Notes: generated from the sequence alone by a model not told the origin. Counted from the stretch's first letter, positions 29,001 to 37,781 are shown. The stretch is 64,000 bases of DNA from Chitinophagaceae bacterium (GCA_044353325.1 JBILCF010000001.1:5284-69283); one strand, 5' to 3'. Program-made: numbers and translations.

Positions 29001-29231
29001 CATACCAATAGCACTAATCGAAAGGGTAACTCCTTCTTCAGAGTTTAATCGAAACATTCCATTGGCATCAGTCACTGTACCTTTGTTCGATCCTTTTATT
29101 CGAATCGTAGCACCAATAACTGGATCCCCTTTTTCATCAAGGATTTGTCCTTTGATTGTGTTGGATTGTGCCAACATAATCTGCATACTTGAAATCATCA
29201 AGACTAGCAGTAATAATAGTGTTTTCTTCAT
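26037..29231 (-). CDS. SusC/RagA family TonB-linked outer-membrane protein
   Basis: 1064 aa. Signal peptide, CarboxypepD_reg domain (IKGQILDEKGDPVIGATIRIKG), plug (VLKGPAATALYGSEGANGAIMITTK), terminal ...GFKLGLTF. Confidence 0.9.
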   Translation of the reverse strand: MKKTLLLLLVLMISSMQIMLAQSNTIKGQILDEKGDPVIGATIRIKGSNKGTVTDANGMFRLNSEEGVTLSISAIGMKSAEKTARDGMSIKMAGDQQSIRETVVTAQAIKREKSSLGYATATLGSEEINRGNNTSALSALTGKVSGVNVTSSTGGPGGSTRVVIRGEKSITGNNNALIVVDGIPLNNGNRTQANSLQQIDFGNRGNDINPDDIESMSVLKGPAATALYGSEGANGAIMITTKSGKLKGKAGKNEISFSTGYTWSNVLKYPTFQNSYGQGDLNGVFDDRRENFSWGLPFDGQVRPWGQIINGQQKVKPYSPVENNVRDFFNRGQAWENNLSVGGGNDKSNYFLAFNSLNSKGVIENTFLDRYSIRFNGNHEFNNNFFSSMSINYINGSSRMDQGGQGGGSVWNNVAQQPRDIPIAELANLEDPFNSMGGIDSSGTRRYGYYGAYTENPYWVAKYYDNRNRYDRMFGQTTVGWKINQHFTLTNRLGGEALSDRTYLKSPKLNSVAYEELWSGSPKSMNGGYYESTDNLMNYFNDLMLNINYQIDKLGINGLLGHSMVSRRTNFLSSNIDPTTNGLVVENYYNFGNATSKIESENILTQNRKIGVYGTLNMNFDQFFFLELTGRNDWSSTLAEGNRSYFYPSASASWLFSQHLSDAAKKVLSYGKLRGNLSAVGNDAPAYANNNPGFVTTDLNSGFGSNIFPVNGVPGFTYQGRVGNPNLRPERSIGRELGLDLAFFNDRISLDVTVYRNLTKDQIIPVPTAPSSGFTSRFVNAGEIENRGVELGLRFSPIKKKGLRWDVFGTYTRNKNTVLSLEGGVDQLVIGGFSGMSIVAAVGKPFGTFYAIDLKKDEKGRQIIDTVTGNPKSTANPVYLGSYQPKFIASWGSSFTVRGLSMSFLFDTKQGGYMYSRTKDILEFVGVTPSTLINDRQGFIWENSVYEGANPGEYIENNRFTTDPYTYYTSANVKAASQDLIKAGYIKLREVAIGYKLPQKWFNKTFIGSGNLSVFGNNLVIWTNRGNDFVDPEVNSGGASNEQGFDFSARPSLRNYGFKLGLTF

Positions 29232-29450
29232 ACTAAAATTGTTTATATTTTGTTCTGACAGTAAATATGAGCGTAAACATATCTACAAGATTGCTGATTT
29301 GCAAATTTTATTTAACATTTGTTTCTGAAATACTTAACAATTTAGATATTTAAAAACTTGTTAACTTATTATAATTATTTATATTTATCCTTTTTTGCAT
29401 TGATTATCAATGTTTTAATACCACTTTTAAATATATTCTGTTGAAATATT

Positions 29451-29481
29451 TTGCAAAACCAAGACTTAGGTCTTACCTTTG
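29451..29481 (+). promoter_or_regulatory. Bacteroidota sigma-A-type promoter of rplM-rpsI-rpsB-tsf
   Basis: TTG-N20-TACCTTTG fits the -33 TTG / -7 TAnnTTTG consensus. Lies about 50 nt upstream of the rplM ATG. Confidence 0.6.
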
Positions 29482-29532
29482 CGCTCCTTTTAATTTAAAA
29501 AACGGAAAAAACATAAACTCTAAATCATAACA

Positions 29533-29973
29533 ATGAGACATTTAAGCTACAAAACCAAGTTTGCAAACAAGGAAACACACAAACCAGAATGGTTCGTGAT
29601 TGATGCTACAAACCAAACTGTTGGTCGTATGAGTGTTAAAATCGCAAATGTATTGCGTGGCAAACACAAACCAACCTATACTCCACATGCTGATGCTGGC
29701 GATTTCGTCATCGTATTAAATGCAGAAAAAGTCATTTTTACTGGAGATAAGATGAATCAAAAAATATATTTAAACTATAGCGGCTATCCAGGTGGTAAAA
29801 AAGAAGAAACTGCAAAGGATCTTTTGGCTCGCAAACCAGAAGCGGTTGTAGAACGTGCTGTAAAAGGTATGTTACCTAAAAACAGACTTGGACGTGCGAT
29901 GTACAGAAAATTATTTGTATATAAAGGAGACCAACATCCTCACACGGCACAAAAACCACAAGAATTAAAATAA
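29533..29973 (+). CDS. rplM: 50S ribosomal protein L13
   Basis: 146 aa. [33 protein letters not shown] is canonical L13. Confidence 0.95.
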   Translation: MRHLSYKTKFANKETHKPEWFVIDATNQTVGRMSVKIANVLRGKHKPTYTPHADAGDFVIVLNAEKVIFTGDKMNQKIYLNYSGYPGGKKEETAKDLLARKPEAVVERAVKGMLPKNRLGRAMYRKLFVYKGDQHPHTAQKPQELK

Positions 29974-30009
29974 TCCAATTAATCATATCTCAAAAAATAT
30001 CTCACTATA

Positions 30010-30399
30010 ATGGAAAAACAAAAAAAAGCAATCGGTCGTAGAAAAGAAGCCGTAGCCCGTGTATACCTTTCAAAAGGAAACGGAAAAATCACGGTAAACG
30101 ATCGTGATTATAAAGTTTATTTCCCCTTAATGTATTTGCAAAATCAAGTTGAACTTGCGCTTAAAACTATCGATGGTTTGGACAAGTTTGATGTAAATGT
30201 AACAGTTGATGGTGGCGGACAAAAAGGTCAAGCAGAAGCGATTAAATTAGGACTTTCGCGTGCATTGTGCGATCACGATGCTGAAAATCGTGTCGCGTTG
30301 AAACCTGCTGGTTTGTTAACACGTGACCCTCGCTCGGTAGAACGTAAGAAATTTGGTCATAAGAAAGCACGTAAGAGCTTCCAATTCTCTAAACGTTAA
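30010..30399 (+). CDS. rpsI: 30S ribosomal protein S9
   Basis: 129 aa. GRRKEAVARVYL...GGGQKGQAEA...RDPRSVERKKFGHKKARKSFQFSKR. Confidence 0.95.
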   Translation: MEKQKKAIGRRKEAVARVYLSKGNGKITVNDRDYKVYFPLMYLQNQVELALKTIDGLDKFDVNVTVDGGGQKGQAEAIKLGLSRALCDHDAENRVALKPAGLLTRDPRSVERKKFGHKKARKSFQFSKR

Positions 30400-30455
30400 T
30401 CCTTTCCGATTTATATTCATCTATTTCAAAAACAACTTAACGAACTACATATATC

Positions 30456-31298
30456 ATGTCAGAAAATACAACATTACAACAGCAATTACTCGACGCAGGT
30501 GTACACTTTGGACATCTTCGCAAAAAATGGAATCCCAAAATGTTGCCTTACATTTTTGCTGAGAAAAAAGGTATTCATATCATTGACCTTAACAAAACCG
30601 TTGAAGGTTTGAACGAAGCTGCTGCTGCAATGAAACAAATTGCTAAAAGTGGTAAAAAAATATTGTTTGTCGCTACAAAAAAACAAGCGAAAGAAATCGT
30701 TACTGATTGTGCTCAACGTGTAAATATGCCTTACGTTACTGACCGTTGGTTAGGTGGTATGTTGACAAACTTTGGTACAATCCGTAAAAGTGTCAAAAAA
30801 ATGCAAAGCATCGAAAAAATGCTTGAAGATGCTAGCATCAGCATCAACAAAAAAGAGCGTTTAACATTGAAGCGTGATATGGAGAAAATGAACAAAGTAT
30901 TGGGCGGTATATCTAATATGGCACGTACTCCAGCAGCTCTTTTCATCGTAGATATTTCTCACGAACATATCGCAATGTCTGAAGCAAAACGTTTAGGCAT
31001 CACTACTTTTGGTATGGTTGATACAAACAGCGATCCAAACAAAGTTGACTTTGCTATTCCTGCAAACGATGACGCTACAAAATCTATTGCTATCATAACT
31101 AATTTCATCACAGCTGCTATCATTGAAGGTTTACAAGAAAGAGAAACTGAAAAAGATAAAATGGACGAAAGCGATGATGAAAACAATGAAGATAATACAA
31201 TCATTGGATTAAGCGAAGGTGAAGAAGGTGATGATGCAAAAAAAGCACCTCGCAAAAAAGCTAGCGGAACGCGTAGAACAACTGCAGCAAAAAAATAA
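30456..31298 (+). CDS. rpsB: 30S ribosomal protein S2
   Basis: 280 aa. LLDAGVHFGH, FVATKKQA and DRWLGGMLTNF motifs. Acidic/basic C-terminal tail. Confidence 0.95.
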   Translation: MSENTTLQQQLLDAGVHFGHLRKKWNPKMLPYIFAEKKGIHIIDLNKTVEGLNEAAAAMKQIAKSGKKILFVATKKQAKEIVTDCAQRVNMPYVTDRWLGGMLTNFGTIRKSVKKMQSIEKMLEDASISINKKERLTLKRDMEKMNKVLGGISNMARTPAALFIVDISHEHIAMSEAKRLGITTFGMVDTNSDPNKVDFAIPANDDATKSIAIITNFITAAIIEGLQERETEKDKMDESDDENNEDNTIIGLSEGEEGDDAKKAPRKKASGTRRTTAAKK

Positions 31299-31347
31299 TA
31301 ATTCGTTGTTGAGATCATCAACATACACAATTTTAACCATAACATAA

Positions 31348-31381
31348 GTGAATTAACAGACATCTGTTGATTCACTTTTTT
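31348..31381 (+). terminator. hairpin plus T-run between rpsB and tsf (likely attenuator or partial terminator)
   Basis: gtgaattaacag / acat / ctgttgattcac: 12-bp stem with one G-U pair, then tttttt. Confidence 0.6.
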
Positions 31382-31400
31382 AAAAAAATAAACATATATC

Positions 31401-32252
31401 ATGAGCTCAGTAACAATAACAGCCTCAGACGTAAACAAACTTCGTCAACAAACTGGCGCCGGCATGATGGATTGCCGTGCAGCATTACAAGAAACCAATG
31501 GTGACTTCGAAGCCGCTATTGATTATCTTAGAAAAAAAGGTCAAAAAGTAGCAGCTAAACGTAGCGACCGCGACGCTAAAGAAGGCGTAGTAATTGCTAA
31601 AACAACAGCTGATAATAAAGTTGGAATCGTAATCAATTTGACATCTGAAACAGATTTCGTAGCAAAAAATGAAGATTTTATCAATTTAGCATTGAGTTTC
31701 AGCGAAACTGCTATTGCAAACAATTGTACTTCATTGGATGCTTTGAAAGCAGCACCATATGAAAACATTACTGTTGCTGATAAAATATTAGATACTGTTG
31801 CTAAAATTGGTGAGAAAATTGACATCACATCATTTGAGCGAGTTGAAGCTGCAACTGTAGTAGCATACAACCATGCAGGCTATCGTGTAGCCGTATTGGT
31901 CGGTATGAATAAAGATCACAATGCAAACGTAGAAACTGCAGGTAAAGATGTTGCTATGCAAATCGCAGCTATGAATCCTGTAGCCTTAGATCCACAATCA
32001 GTTCCTGCTGAAACTGTCGATCGTGAAAAAGCCATTATCATGGATCAAATGAAAGCTGACCCTAAAATGGAAGGAAAACCAGAAGAAATGTTATCAAAAA
32101 TAGCTGATGGTAAAATCAATGCTTATTTCAAAGAAAACACATTACTTGCACAACCATTTGTAAAAGACGGTAGCAAAACAGTGAGTGAATTTTTGAAATC
32201 AGTTGAAAATGATTTACTAGCAACTTCTTTTGTTCGTTTGAACATTGGTTAA
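31401..32252 (+). CDS. tsf: translation elongation factor Ts
   Basis: 283 aa. VNKLRQQTGAGMMDCRAALQETNGDFEAAIDYLRKKG UBA-like N-terminus. Lies downstream of rpsB. Confidence 0.95.
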   Translation: MSSVTITASDVNKLRQQTGAGMMDCRAALQETNGDFEAAIDYLRKKGQKVAAKRSDRDAKEGVVIAKTTADNKVGIVINLTSETDFVAKNEDFINLALSFSETAIANNCTSLDALKAAPYENITVADKILDTVAKIGEKIDITSFERVEAATVVAYNHAGYRVAVLVGMNKDHNANVETAGKDVAMQIAAMNPVALDPQSVPAETVDREKAIIMDQMKADPKMEGKPEEMLSKIADGKINAYFKENTLLAQPFVKDGSKTVSEFLKSVENDLLATSFVRLNIG

Positions 32253-32273
32253 CATAACACATTAATATTGTTA

Positions 32274-32306
32274 AAAAGCTGCTTTTCGAAGCAGCTTTTA
32301 TTTTTA
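32274..32306 (+). terminator. intrinsic terminator of tsf
   Basis: aaaagctgctt / ttcg / aagcagctttt, then atttttag. Confidence 0.8.
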
Positions 32307-32438
32307 GATTACGCTATATAATCATTTCAAAAGTCATAGAATTGTAAAAAAATCTATGGCTTTTTTAATTTGACTAACAAAATAAGACATTTTTACGTCA
32401 TCTTGTTGATTCAAATTTCAACTTAATAAAATTACATT

Positions 32439-34313
32439 ATGTTAAAAAAATTATTCTTTACGTTTTTACTCACAGCTATTAGTTGGCTGAGTTATAGCCA
32501 ATGTGCTGGTATCATGTTTAATGCCGCAGTAAATGGCAATACTACAACCTTTGTTTCTACTTTACCTGCTGGATATACTGCGAATGGTTATACTTGGTCT
32601 TTTGGCAATGGAGGTACTGCTAACACAGCCAATCCAGTTTATACCTATGCTAATGCAGGTTGGTATTATGTATGCATGACTGTTTGGGGACTTACGCCAA
32701 ACAATACTGTTTTCCAATGTTCAATGTGCGATTCTGTACAAATTGGTAATCCCGTCCAACCGTGTAATTCAAATTATTTGTTTACACAATCTGGATTCAC
32801 CGCTAATTTTACCAGCTTAGCAACCGGACCTGGAACTATAACAAATTATGCTTGGAATTTTGGCGATGGGAATCAATCTAATCTGCAAAACCCATCACAT
32901 ACCTATGCCAATGCGGGAACCTATATTTCTTGTTTAACTATTTATGGTGTGAATAATGGAATAACGTATACTTGTTCATATTGTGATACCATTGTTATCA
33001 GTAATCTTGGTCAACCATGTAATGCAAATTTTGTATCTACACAAATTGGATTAAATGCTGCCTTTTCTAACCAATCGACTAGCCCTGGCCCTATAACAAA
33101 CTACCTATGGACCTTCGGCGATGGTAATACTTCAAATATACAAAACCCTTCACATACCTATGCAACCGCAGGAAATTACAATGTTTGTTTGACTGTTTCT
33201 GGTGTAGACTCAAACAATAATACATTTTCTTGTACTTATTGCGATAGCATTAATGTTCAAACAGTTGGAACACCATGTAATTCTTCTTATACATATGTAG
33301 CAGGTGCTGGCAATTCAGTTTCATTTACAAGTACTTCTACTGCACCTGGTCCTATATCTAATTATCAATGGGCATTTGGCGATGGAGGCACTGCTAACAC
33401 TCCCAATCCAACACATACATATGCAAATCCAGGTTGGTATAATGTATGTTTGACTATTTCAGGACAAACAGCTGCTGGATTTTTTCAATGCTATACTTGT
33501 GACTCAATTTATGTAGGCAATACACCAACACCTTGTAATGCAGACTTTTCTTATGTTTATAGTGCAGCCAATACATTAAATTTCACCAATACTTCGACAG
33601 GAAATGGCACACTATCATCTAGTATGTGGATGTTTGGCGATGGTAATACTTCGACTCAAACAAATCCAACTCATACTTATTCTACATCAGGTTGGTTCAA
33701 CGTTTGCCTAGTGGTCAGTTTTGTCAACAATGGATTAACGACTACATGTACCTATTGCGATTCAGTATTTGTGCAAGGCGGTATAAATCCTACAAACTGT
33801 TTTGCAACTGCTAACTTTACAGGAAATATTGCAGGTAATACAGCTAATTTTATTAATACTTCAACATGTGTTGGTTGTACTAGTACTTCTTATGTTTGGG
33901 ACTTTGGTGATGCAACTTATTCAACACTCAATAGTCCTTCTCATACGTATAGCAGTTCGGGCAACTATAATGTTTGTTTGATAGTAAATGGTATAGACTC
34001 AATGCAACAAATTTGTAGTGATACATTTTGTTATACAATTACAATTGGAACTTTAGGTTTGAATTCTGTAGAAACAAATACGTTAACTGTATATCCAAAT
34101 CCTACAAGTCAAATGCTTGAAGTTAAAATTCCACATGCAGGAATCTACGATTTAAAAATTATTGATATCACTGGTCAATTGATTCGTAAGCAAACAGTTC
34201 AACCTTCCGATTTAAATCTCAAATTGGATGTTAGTGAGTTGGTACGAGGTATGTATTTCATACAAATCAATAATGCTGAACGAACTTATCGAAACAGTTT
34301 TATAAAACAATAG
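32439..34313 (+). CDS. PKD-repeat surface protein with T9SS C-terminal sorting domain
   Basis: 624 aa. Signal peptide. Six ~85-aa modules each carry W-x-FGDG...NP-x-HTY...Y-x-VCL plus a C-x2-CD segment. CTD is VYPNPTSQMLEV...GMYFIQINNAERTYRNSFIKQ. Confidence 0.8.
   Translation: MLKKLFFTFLLTAISWLSYSQCAGIMFNAAVNGNTTTFVSTLPAGYTANGYTWSFGNGGTANTANPVYTYANAGWYYVCMTVWGLTPNNTVFQCSMCDSVQIGNPVQPCNSNYLFTQSGFTANFTSLATGPGTITNYAWNFGDGNQSNLQNPSHTYANAGTYISCLTIYGVNNGITYTCSYCDTIVISNLGQPCNANFVSTQIGLNAAFSNQSTSPGPITNYLWTFGDGNTSNIQNPSHTYATAGNYNVCLTVSGVDSNNNTFSCTYCDSINVQTVGTPCNSSYTYVAGAGNSVSFTSTSTAPGPISNYQWAFGDGGTANTPNPTHTYANPGWYNVCLTISGQTAAGFFQCYTCDSIYVGNTPTPCNADFSYVYSAANTLNFTNTSTGNGTLSSSMWMFGDGNTSTQTNPTHTYSTSGWFNVCLVVSFVNNGLTTTCTYCDSVFVQGGINPTNCFATANFTGNIAGNTANFINTSTCVGCTSTSYVWDFGDATYSTLNSPSHTYSSSGNYNVCLIVNGIDSMQQICSDTFCYTITIGTLGLNSVETNTLTVYPNPTSQMLEVKIPHAGIYDLKIIDITGQLIRKQTVQPSDLNLKLDVSELVRGMYFIQINNAERTYRNSFIKQ
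32502..34046 (+). repeat. six tandem ~255-bp coding modules (PKD plus CxxC)
   Basis: Protein-level repeats have conserved W-x-FGDG, NP-x-HTY, VCL and C-x2-CD positions. Module boundaries fall at P-C-N. Confidence 0.75.
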
Positions 34314-34336
34314 CTTGGTTTATGGTTTGTTTATAC

Positions 34337-34369
34337 AAAAACTGCAATCCAATTGGATTGCAGTTTTTT
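34337..34369. terminator. bidirectional terminator between the convergent PKD-protein gene and fdhD
   Basis: aaaaactgcaatcc / aatt / ggattgcagttttt: A-run and T-run flank a 9-bp GC-containing stem. Confidence 0.75.
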
Positions 34370-34398
34370 ATTGGTATTAATTTTTCAACTCTTTAAGA

Positions 34399-35184
34399 CT
34401 ATGCATATTGTGTCAGTTTATCTTTTCGACAAAATGCAAATAAATGAATGCCCTTGTCTTTACAGTAGTCAACAGCCATACTAGACGGAGCAGAAACTGC
34501 AGCAAGATTTGGTATTTTTGCTCTATAACATTTACTAACAATTTCGTAGGAAACCCTACCGCTCACAAGAATGCAAGCCGCTTGCTGAAGTTTATGTTGC
34601 ATCAATACACTACCTATTACTTTATCTACTGCATTGTGGCGACCAATATCCTCTTTGCAATCCAACATATTGCCTTTAACATCAAAAATTGCAGATGCAT
34701 GCGAACCTCCAGTATGTTTAAAATTAGATTGTACTGTATTCATTTTTTCAAACATTAAAAAAAGTGCTTCGGGAGAAATTGAAAATGTTGATTGGATTTT
34801 TTCACCCTCTAATTCTAAATCTGCTTCATACTTTCCGCACATCCCACAACTTGTAACGGAGAGTAAATTACGCTGAGTAGCTATGCCTTTGCCTAATAAA
34901 GGTTCAGGAATACTAACATTTACTTTTGTGACATAATGATGTTCATTTGTTTCTATTATTTCAAATTGTGGATTCATTTCACCGCCGTATACATCTTCAC
35001 TTAACAAAATCCCTCTAGTTAGTTCTTCTTCAAAACCTGGGCTTCGCATGGTCATTGTATATGGATTTCCATTGACAGCAATACTGAGCATTTCTTCTAT
35101 CGTCAATGCATCTTCAACTTCTTGGAAATGTCCAGATTCATATTTTTGAGCTTTTGTATAATACACAAGATAGTTTTTATCCAA
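34399..35184 (-). CDS. fdhD: formate dehydrogenase accessory sulfurtransferase FdhD
   Basis: 261 aa. MRSPGFEEELTRG, SCGMCGK and GGSHA motifs are typical of FdhD. The start codon in this frame is TTG; no in-frame ATG lies upstream. Confidence 0.8.
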   Translation of the reverse strand: MDKNYLVYYTKAQKYESGHFQEVEDALTIEEMLSIAVNGNPYTMTMRSPGFEEELTRGILLSEDVYGGEMNPQFEIIETNEHHYVTKVNVSIPEPLLGKGIATQRNLLSVTSCGMCGKYEADLELEGEKIQSTFSISPEALFLMFEKMNTVQSNFKHTGGSHASAIFDVKGNMLDCKEDIGRHNAVDKVIGSVLMQHKLQQAACILVSGRVSYEIVSKCYRAKIPNLAAVSAPSSMAVDYCKDKGIHLFAFCRKDKLTQYA

Positions 35185-35388
35185 AGATACATGTCATCGG
35201 TAATTGAAGCTAAAAATATTAATACTCTTTGGTGAGTGCAAAGAAATACTTTACATTAAAATTTTAAAAAACTACATTCAAAACAAAGAACATTTTAAGT
35301 TAATTGTATTATTTCTAATGCAATTCTCAATGTATAATTGTTTACAAGGGTAAATCCTATCATATATAAAAAAATGAATTTTATTGAC

Positions 35389-35418
35389 AAAAAAAGAGGA
35401 GCCTCAACTCCTCTTTTT
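35389..35418 (-). terminator. intrinsic terminator of fhs
   Basis: agaggag / cctcaa / ctcctct, flanked by an A-run (plus strand) and a T-run. Lies just downstream of the fhs stop. Confidence 0.6.
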
Positions 35419-35444
35419 ACTATCTTCTAAGTACTATTTACTTT

Positions 35445-37121
35445 TTAAGAAAGTCCGCTAATCTTGCCGTTGTTGTCTATATCCATATGTTCCGATGCAG
35501 GAACAGCAGGTAAACCTGGCATACGCATCATGTCGCCCAATATCGGAATTACAAACCCTGCACCAGCTGCAAATTCAAATTCGCGTACATTGATTGTAAA
35601 CCCTCTAGGACGTCCTACTACAGTTTCTTTATCGCTGAGCGATTTTTGTGTTTTCGCCATACATATTGGCATTTTGTCATAGCCCAAACTAACAATCATT
35701 TTTAATTGTGTTCGTGCCTTTGATGAATATTCTACACCATCAGCTCCATATATTTCAGTGGCAATGGTTTTAATTTTATCTTCGATAGACAAGTTCCAAT
35801 CGTACAATGGTTTAAACGAATTGGTACCACTTTCTATGACATCACAAACTGTCTGAGCCAACTCTTTTGTACCTTCTCCACCTTTAGCAAATCCATATGA
35901 TACAATTGCTTTTACACCGTGCTTCGCACATTGTTCTTGTACATATTGTATTTCTTCGTCTGTATCTGCTGGAAAATAATTAATCGCAACAACAGGCGTA
36001 ATGCCAAATTTTTTACAATTTTCAATATGCTTTTCCAAATTTTCAAATCCTTTCGATACTCGCTCTATGCTAGCCGTATTGTATTCCTCTTTCTTAGCAC
36101 CTCCATGATGACGAAGTGCACGAATAGTAGCGACAAGGACAATAGCATCTGGCGCTAAATTGCCGTAGCCACATTTAATATCCATAAATTTTTCAGCGCC
36201 TAAATCTGCGCCAAATCCAGCTTCTGTCACCACATAATCGCCCAAACTCAATCCCATTTTTGTAGCCAAAATGGTATTGGTTCCTTGCGCAATATTAGCA
36301 AAAGGTCCACCATGCAATATTGCTGGATTACCTTCTAATGTTTGAACCAAGTTTGGCTTGATCGCATCTTTCAACAGCAATGCCATAGCGCCTTCTGCTT
36401 TTAGATCTCGTGCAAAAATCGGTTTTTTATCAAACGTATGTCCTACAAATATATTTCCAAGTCGGTTTTTTAAATCATCTATATCTTTACTCATACATAA
36501 GATGGCCATCACCTCAGATGCAGGCGTAATATTAAAACCATCTTCGCGTGGTATACCGTTGCCAGTGCCACCAAGTCCTATCGTAATTTGACGCAACGAA
36601 CGGTCGTTCATATCCATGACACGCTTCCACTTAATTGTACGTGGATCTATGTTTAAGTTACCAGCTTTGTTTTGTAGATTATTGTCAATCAAAGCAGCCA
36701 ATAAATTGTTTGCCTTTTCTATTGCTGCAAAGTCGCCTGTAAAATGCAAATTAATATCCTCCATAGGTATAACTTGCGAATAGCCACCGCCAGCTGCTCC
36801 ACCTTTTATACCAAACACTGGTCCAAGACTTGGTTCACGCAAAACCACTACAGCCTTCTTCCCTATTTTATTTAAGCCTTCGTTTAACCCTATTGAAACT
36901 GTAGTTTTACCTTCTCCTGCAGGAGTGGGATTGATAGCCGAAACTAGAATTAATTTGGCTTTTTTTACTTTTTCTTCGTCGATTAAATTCAACGGCAGTT
37001 TCGCTTTGTTTTTACCAAAATAATGTAAATCATCTTCATCTATGCCTATTTTGGCCGCTATAGTTTTGATGTGTTTAATGTCTGCGCTTTGCGCAATTTC
37101 TAAATCTGAAGGAAATGACAT
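35445..37121 (-). CDS. fhs: formate--tetrahydrofolate ligase
   Basis: 558 aa. PSDLEIAQ..., TPAGEGKTT P-loop, EPSLGPVFGIKGGAAGGGY. Full-length FTHFS. Confidence 0.95.
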   Translation of the reverse strand: MSFPSDLEIAQSADIKHIKTIAAKIGIDEDDLHYFGKNKAKLPLNLIDEEKVKKAKLILVSAINPTPAGEGKTTVSIGLNEGLNKIGKKAVVVLREPSLGPVFGIKGGAAGGGYSQVIPMEDINLHFTGDFAAIEKANNLLAALIDNNLQNKAGNLNIDPRTIKWKRVMDMNDRSLRQITIGLGGTGNGIPREDGFNITPASEVMAILCMSKDIDDLKNRLGNIFVGHTFDKKPIFARDLKAEGAMALLLKDAIKPNLVQTLEGNPAILHGGPFANIAQGTNTILATKMGLSLGDYVVTEAGFGADLGAEKFMDIKCGYGNLAPDAIVLVATIRALRHHGGAKKEEYNTASIERVSKGFENLEKHIENCKKFGITPVVAINYFPADTDEEIQYVQEQCAKHGVKAIVSYGFAKGGEGTKELAQTVCDVIESGTNSFKPLYDWNLSIEDKIKTIATEIYGADGVEYSSKARTQLKMIVSLGYDKMPICMAKTQKSLSDKETVVGRPRGFTINVREFEFAAGAGFVIPILGDMMRMPGLPAVPASEHMDIDNNGKISGLS

Positions 37122-37262
37122 AGTGCGTTTTAGTTTTGAGTTTAAAATATTGAAAGGATAAATATAGAAAAAAAATTGACATTCTTTGCATTCTTAAACA
37201 CTGCCAAAACCTTATTTTTATCAGTATAGCATTTTATTGACAAGCTATAGTTTCGAATCACG

Positions 37263-37270
37263 TATTTTTG
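37263..37270 (+). promoter_or_regulatory. -7-type box TATTTTTG, 4 nt upstream of the DUF2480 ATG
   Basis: Perfect TAnnTTTG, then ctac, then ATG 37275. Confidence 0.35.
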
Positions 37271-37274
37271 CTAC

Positions 37275-37781
37275 ATGGAAGGTTTTATAAACAAGGTTGC
37301 AGAAAGCGGAATTATAACCATCAATTTGGAAGATTTTATAGTCAATGATGTCCTCATTTTTGATTTAAAGCCATTTCTTTTCATGGAACTTATCTTGAAA
37401 GAAAAAGACTTCAGAGCTGCTCTTCTGGCACATGATTGGTCGTTATACGAATCCAAGCATGTTGTAGTTACATGTAGTGCCGATGCAATCATTCCAGTAT
37501 GGGCTTACATGCTCGTTTCATCCTATCTGCAACCCGTTGCGAAATCGATGTGGGTAGGCCAACCTGATTCTATGCAACAACAGCTGTTGCTACAACAAAT
37601 TCAACAGATGGATACCACTGAATATACAGATAAACGTGTGGTAATCAAGGGCTGTGGCGAAATTCCAATCCCAGAGAGTGCTTATGCTGCAATCACCTTC
37701 AAACTTAAGCCTATAGTCAAAAGTATAATGTACGGCGAGCCTTGTAGTACAGTTCCTATTTTTAAAAAGAAATCTAGTTAA
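37275..37781 (+). CDS. DUF2480 family protein
   Basis: 168 aa. INKVAESGIITINLEDF...LKEKDFRAALLAHDWSLY...DAIIPVWAYMLV matches my recollection of the DUF2480 pattern common in Bacteroidota. Confidence 0.7.
   Translation: MEGFINKVAESGIITINLEDFIVNDVLIFDLKPFLFMELILKEKDFRAALLAHDWSLYESKHVVVTCSADAIIPVWAYMLVSSYLQPVAKSMWVGQPDSMQQQLLLQQIQQMDTTEYTDKRVVIKGCGEIPIPESAYAAITFKLKPIVKSIMYGEPCSTVPIFKKKSS

Noticed and set aside
28519-29328. Two ~120-aa plus-strand ORFs antisense to SusC, and similar antisense ORFs listed within most large genes.
   Set aside because: They are shadow ORFs of long genes with no independent motifs. The sense-strand proteins are unambiguous.
30959-31438. 159-aa minus-strand ORF antisense to rpsB.
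   Set aside because: It lies entirely inside a highly conserved ribosomal-protein gene on the opposite strand. Its hydrophobic low-complexity translation is typical of antisense frames.
37122-37274. Possible ZTP (pfl-motif) or THF riboswitch in the fhs 5' region.
   Set aside because: I read the minus-strand leader and found none of the conserved GC-rich cores of these riboswitches. The region is AT-rich and only ~150 nt, shared with a divergent promoter.
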